From an uncultured Poribacteria bacterium (GTDB taxonomy: Bacteria; Poribacteria; WGA-4E; WGA-3G): 64,000 bases of DNA. Below, piece after piece: positions 60,821-64,000 of the stretch (the first letter of the stretch is position 1; every line of letters starts with the position of its first letter). The stretch lies in assembly GCA_958296135.2 (NCBI GenBank), contig CATQHZ020000001.1, positions 2,656,001 to 2,720,000 of the forward strand. Reading direction: 5' to 3'. The notes under the pieces were generated by a model, which saw only the letters and a list, made by a program, of their open reading frames with translations, was not told the origin of the DNA and searched no databases. The translations under genes were made by a program, and so were the position numbers.

Positions 60821-62752
60821 ATGCACACACACGAGAACGCTCGCGACACAAAAACCGACAGCGCGCCCACTATCTTCCGCACCGTCACTGCCACGGAGCA
60901 TGGACGGATCGGTGAATTGCACTTTCGCGCGGGAAACAGAAAATTGGAAACGCCGGTTCTCTACCCGGTCATCAATTTCCTCACCGGGACAAGCGCGCGC
61001 GGCGGCGGCGTTTGGAAATACATCCTCCGCAATTTCATGCAACACGATACCCCAACGCTATCCCAGGTCTTGCACTTTCTAGATTTCAACTTCACTGGGA
61101 AGTATCTCGCAAATTGGCGAAAAAAGTCGATGCGGGAGCATTACCTCGAACAGAACGGCGATTACCAAGGCGTGCTCTTTTTGGATTCGGGCGGCTTCAA
61201 ACTCCTTTACAACACGGGGTTGGATTTATCCGAATTTGGCATCCACAAAGAAACAGAGGCGGACGATATTCTCGCCATACAACTCGATTTTGATGGCGAT
61301 ATCGTCGCGTCGTTAGACTATCCTATCCCGCCGAATTTGGCGCGCGCTGAAGCAATACAACGGATGGAGAAGAGTTTTGCCAACGCCCGCCGCGTTGCGC
61401 AACAGTTGAGCGGCAAAACGGATATGCCCTACTTTTACGTTTGTTGTCACGGGCAATCCGGGCGAGATATTCAAGGCTACGTCCACAATGTCTTTGAGCA
61501 GATTGGCGAGTTGCTGCCCTCTTTTGGGTTGGCGGTCGGTTCTCTTGTCCCGTTGCGCGGCAAAAACGATTGGGCCGTCATGGAACTTCTCAACGGCGTA
61601 GTGGAGACACTCCCCGCGGCCCGGCGAGATAGCACACCGATTCACGCGTTCGGCGTGTCCGGTATGCTGACGCCTATCCTCGCTTATATCGGGGTGGACA
61701 GTTTTGACAGTTCGTCTTACGTCCAAGCCTCGCGAAGCCTCGCCTATTCGCACCCTGAAACGCTCAAGAAACTGAAGATTATGGAGATGGACGCGCTCAC
61801 TTGTGAGTGTTACATCTGCCAAGCTATCACGCTTGATGAAATCCAGCAGGGGTTCATGGAGGAGAAGAGTTATCAAGCCACCTCAACCGGCAAGTTTAAA
61901 AGCGAATACTACGCACTCCTCTCACTCCACAATTTTGAAATGGAGACGCGGCTGCTAACAGCCATGCGCGAGGCAATTCAGGCTGACGACGCGATTGAGG
62001 GGTTAACGCGACATATCGGAAAATTCCAACGCAACCGCGGCATCCGGGATGCCGTAGAATGGCTTTCCGCGAAAGATTTTGACGTGGCCACCCGGCTGAC
62101 CCGGACCTTGGTGCACATACCGATGGCCGCTGAGAAGTCAACTCGGAACCCAAATCAGTTGGAACTTTTCCCTTATGATACCTCGGAAAGTTCAACGACA
62201 CTCCTCCATGAGGACGAAACGCCGACTATCTCGCTTAACTATACGCCAGAAGATTTTCGCGTGCCAGCGGATTATCAGCCTCCGGCGGGAGTAGACATGC
62301 TGTTGGTAATCCCGTGCGCCGGACAGAAGCCGTATTCGCTTTCACGCACCCACACGTTGATGGCGAAAAAACTGCAGGAGGCATTCCCTGAAAAACATCA
62401 GCGGATTCACAAAGTCACGCTCTCCGGACTCTACGGCCCCGTCCCCGAAGAGTTTGAGGAAGAGGAAGCACTCGTTCGCTACGATTTCCAACTCGCAGCG
62501 CAGAACACCGCGCAGATACAACTCTGTGCGACGCGCCTCATTGACTATCTCCAAAAATATGGAGAGCAGTACGTCTTTACTGTCGGATATGCCACGAGCA
62601 AGGCTTACCGTGAAGTGCTTGCTATCGCCGAAAGCCGGTGCTCAAACTTCGTTTTGATGCCGAAAGTGCTCAAGCAGAAACGCTTGTCTGAATTCTTTCG
62701 GCACGTGCATTTAAACGCCTTGGTTGAGGAAGTCCAGAAAAAATTGGAATAG
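60821..62752 (+). CDS. TGT/DpdA-family guanine transglycosylase fused to an ArcS-like (DUF5591) domain
   Basis: ETP, DSGGF, LDYP, HAFG, GVDSFDS, zinc site CECYIC...HN; C-terminal PCAGQKPYSLSRTH and SGLYGPVPEE. Confidence 0.85.
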   Translation: MHTHENARDTKTDSAPTIFRTVTATEHGRIGELHFRAGNRKLETPVLYPVINFLTGTSARGGGVWKYILRNFMQHDTPTLSQVLHFLDFNFTGKYLANWRKKSMREHYLEQNGDYQGVLFLDSGGFKLLYNTGLDLSEFGIHKETEADDILAIQLDFDGDIVASLDYPIPPNLARAEAIQRMEKSFANARRVAQQLSGKTDMPYFYVCCHGQSGRDIQGYVHNVFEQIGELLPSFGLAVGSLVPLRGKNDWAVMELLNGVVETLPAARRDSTPIHAFGVSGMLTPILAYIGVDSFDSSSYVQASRSLAYSHPETLKKLKIMEMDALTCECYICQAITLDEIQQGFMEEKSYQATSTGKFKSEYYALLSLHNFEMETRLLTAMREAIQADDAIEGLTRHIGKFQRNRGIRDAVEWLSAKDFDVATRLTRTLVHIPMAAEKSTRNPNQLELFPYDTSESSTTLLHEDETPTISLNYTPEDFRVPADYQPPAGVDMLLVIPCAGQKPYSLSRTHTLMAKKLQEAFPEKHQRIHKVTLSGLYGPVPEEFEEEEALVRYDFQLAAQNTAQIQLCATRLIDYLQKYGEQYVFTVGYATSKAYREVLAIAESRCSNFVLMPKVLKQKRLSEFFRHVHLNALVEEVQKKLE

Positions 62753-62759
62753 GAAAAGC

Positions 62760-63929
62760 ATGAATAGCTACTTTTTACCGCCACGCATTGAATGTGGCAA
62801 CGGGGCAATCAAAGACTTGGCGGCGCATGTTGAACACCTCGGCGGGCGAAAACCGCTCGTGGTGAGCGATGCCGGTGTCCGCAGCGCGGGCATCCTCGCG
62901 AGAGCCATCGCGCCGTTGGAAGATGCCAATATCCCTTATGCCGACTATACTGAAATCGAACCGAATCCGACAGACATCAGCACGGAAAAAGGCGCAGCGT
63001 TGTGGCAAACGGCGGAATGCGATGTCATCGTCGCCATCGGCGGCGGCAGTGTGATGGATGCAGCGAAAGCCATCCGCATCTTGACGACGCATGAACCGCC
63101 GTTGGAGCCTTACTACGTCGATGTCGGCGGCAGGGAACGCATCCGCGATGACATGCCGCCCCTGATTTGTGTCCCGACGACAGCTGGCACTGGCAGCGAA
63201 GTCTCGCAAGGCGCAATTATCACCGATACATCGCAAAACACGACGGATAGATGGCGAAAGCGCGCAATCGTCACGCCGCTGAATATGTCGAACATCGCGC
63301 TCCTCGACCCGAGGTTAACGGTAGGAATGCCGATGCCGCTCACCGCCGCCACCGGCATGGATGCCATCACGCACGGGATTGAAGCGTATGTTGCCACGAG
63401 ATACCACCCTATCTCCGAAGGTGTCGCATTGCAGGCACTGAAGATGCTCGGCGCAAATATCCGACAAGCGTATCACCACGGCGACGATGTCGCAGCGAGA
63501 GGCGAAATGTTGCTCGGCGCAAGCATGGGCGCGTTTGCCTTTCAGAAAGGACTCGGGGCTGTCCACTCAATCGCGCATCAGTTGTCCACTGAAGCACCCA
63601 TACCGCACGGTGTCGCCAACGCGATACTGTTGCCACCGGTGATGGAATTTAACTTCTCTCATGCCGTGGACAAATACGCCGAGGTTGCCGATGTGTTAGG
63701 CGTAGACACTACCGGCATGTCTATAGAAGCAGCGGCGCGCGCCGCTATTGATGACATCCGCGCACTGAACGAGGAATTACGGATGCCAGCAGGGCTCGGT
63801 GCCTGCGGTTTAGCACGCGAAATGCTCCCCAAACTCGCCGCTGATTCTATGCTGGACCACTGCTACAAATCCAATCCGCGCCCCTGCACCGAAGACGATA
63901 TGTTGGCGTTGCTGGAAGCAGCGTTCTAA
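62760..63929 (+). CDS. Iron-containing alcohol dehydrogenase
   Basis: GGGSVMDAAK, PTTAGTGSE, GMDAITHGIE, HSIAH, HG..N. Confidence 0.93.
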   Translation: MNSYFLPPRIECGNGAIKDLAAHVEHLGGRKPLVVSDAGVRSAGILARAIAPLEDANIPYADYTEIEPNPTDISTEKGAALWQTAECDVIVAIGGGSVMDAAKAIRILTTHEPPLEPYYVDVGGRERIRDDMPPLICVPTTAGTGSEVSQGAIITDTSQNTTDRWRKRAIVTPLNMSNIALLDPRLTVGMPMPLTAATGMDAITHGIEAYVATRYHPISEGVALQALKMLGANIRQAYHHGDDVAARGEMLLGASMGAFAFQKGLGAVHSIAHQLSTEAPIPHGVANAILLPPVMEFNFSHAVDKYAEVADVLGVDTTGMSIEAAARAAIDDIRALNEELRMPAGLGACGLAREMLPKLAADSMLDHCYKSNPRPCTEDDMLALLEAAF

Positions 63930-63968
63930 TAAAACAGGCCTTACGCAAACTCCTAAAACACCTGGCCG

Positions 63969-63995
63969 GTAGACGCATTTTGTAAGCGCGTCTAC
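63969..63995 (+). repeat. GTAG-REP family D palindrome
   Basis: GTAGACGC..GCGTCTAC; relatives near 15391, 22304, 23755, 26330 and 32372. Confidence 0.7.
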
Positions 63996-64000
63996 GGGAT

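Noticed and set aside
60821-62752. Housekeeping queuine tRNA-ribosyltransferase (tgt)
   Set aside because: It is much longer than bacterial Tgt, lacks the FMPVGT and DCVxPTR motifs, and carries an extra ArcS-like domain.
50890-62760. Integrative element boundaries around the defence-like cluster
   Set aside because: No integrase, tRNA or flanking direct repeats were found.

Overview
Bacterial chromosomal window with no rRNA, tRNA or CRISPR recognised. Its gene style suggests Candidatus Poribacteria, which is inference only: secreted proteins ending in a 'KLTTTWGx(I/V)K' tail, an ECF sigma fused to a beta-propeller, a WD40-dockerin-FlgD-like protein, and several PhyH and Gfo/Idh/MocA genes. 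Most genes are metabolic or envelope related (trpA 3' end, mtnP, argS, argD, RmlA-like, TonB receptor, dehydrogenases, enolase-family enzymes). The standout region is about 51.2-62.8 kb. It encodes an N6-adenine DNA methyltransferase frameshifted at a G9 tract, a membrane-anchored 35/28-aa-repeat coiled coil, a PLD-nuclease/SNF2 helicase, and a protein fusing an intact-looking TGT/DpdA-type transglycosylase to a domain with the exact ArcS motif PC-X3-KPY-X2-S-X2-H. This is a candidate 7-deazaguanine/methylation defence system. Other highlights are several GTAG-type REP families with in-frame copies inside at least six genes, a MITE-like hairpin, a HEPN + BolA-like gene pair, a frameshifted hicA with a double-domain hicB, and traces of a duplicated ECF gene. 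Several starts were moved from the ORF track to RBS-supported codons. All family calls come from motif recognition by eye, not database searches.
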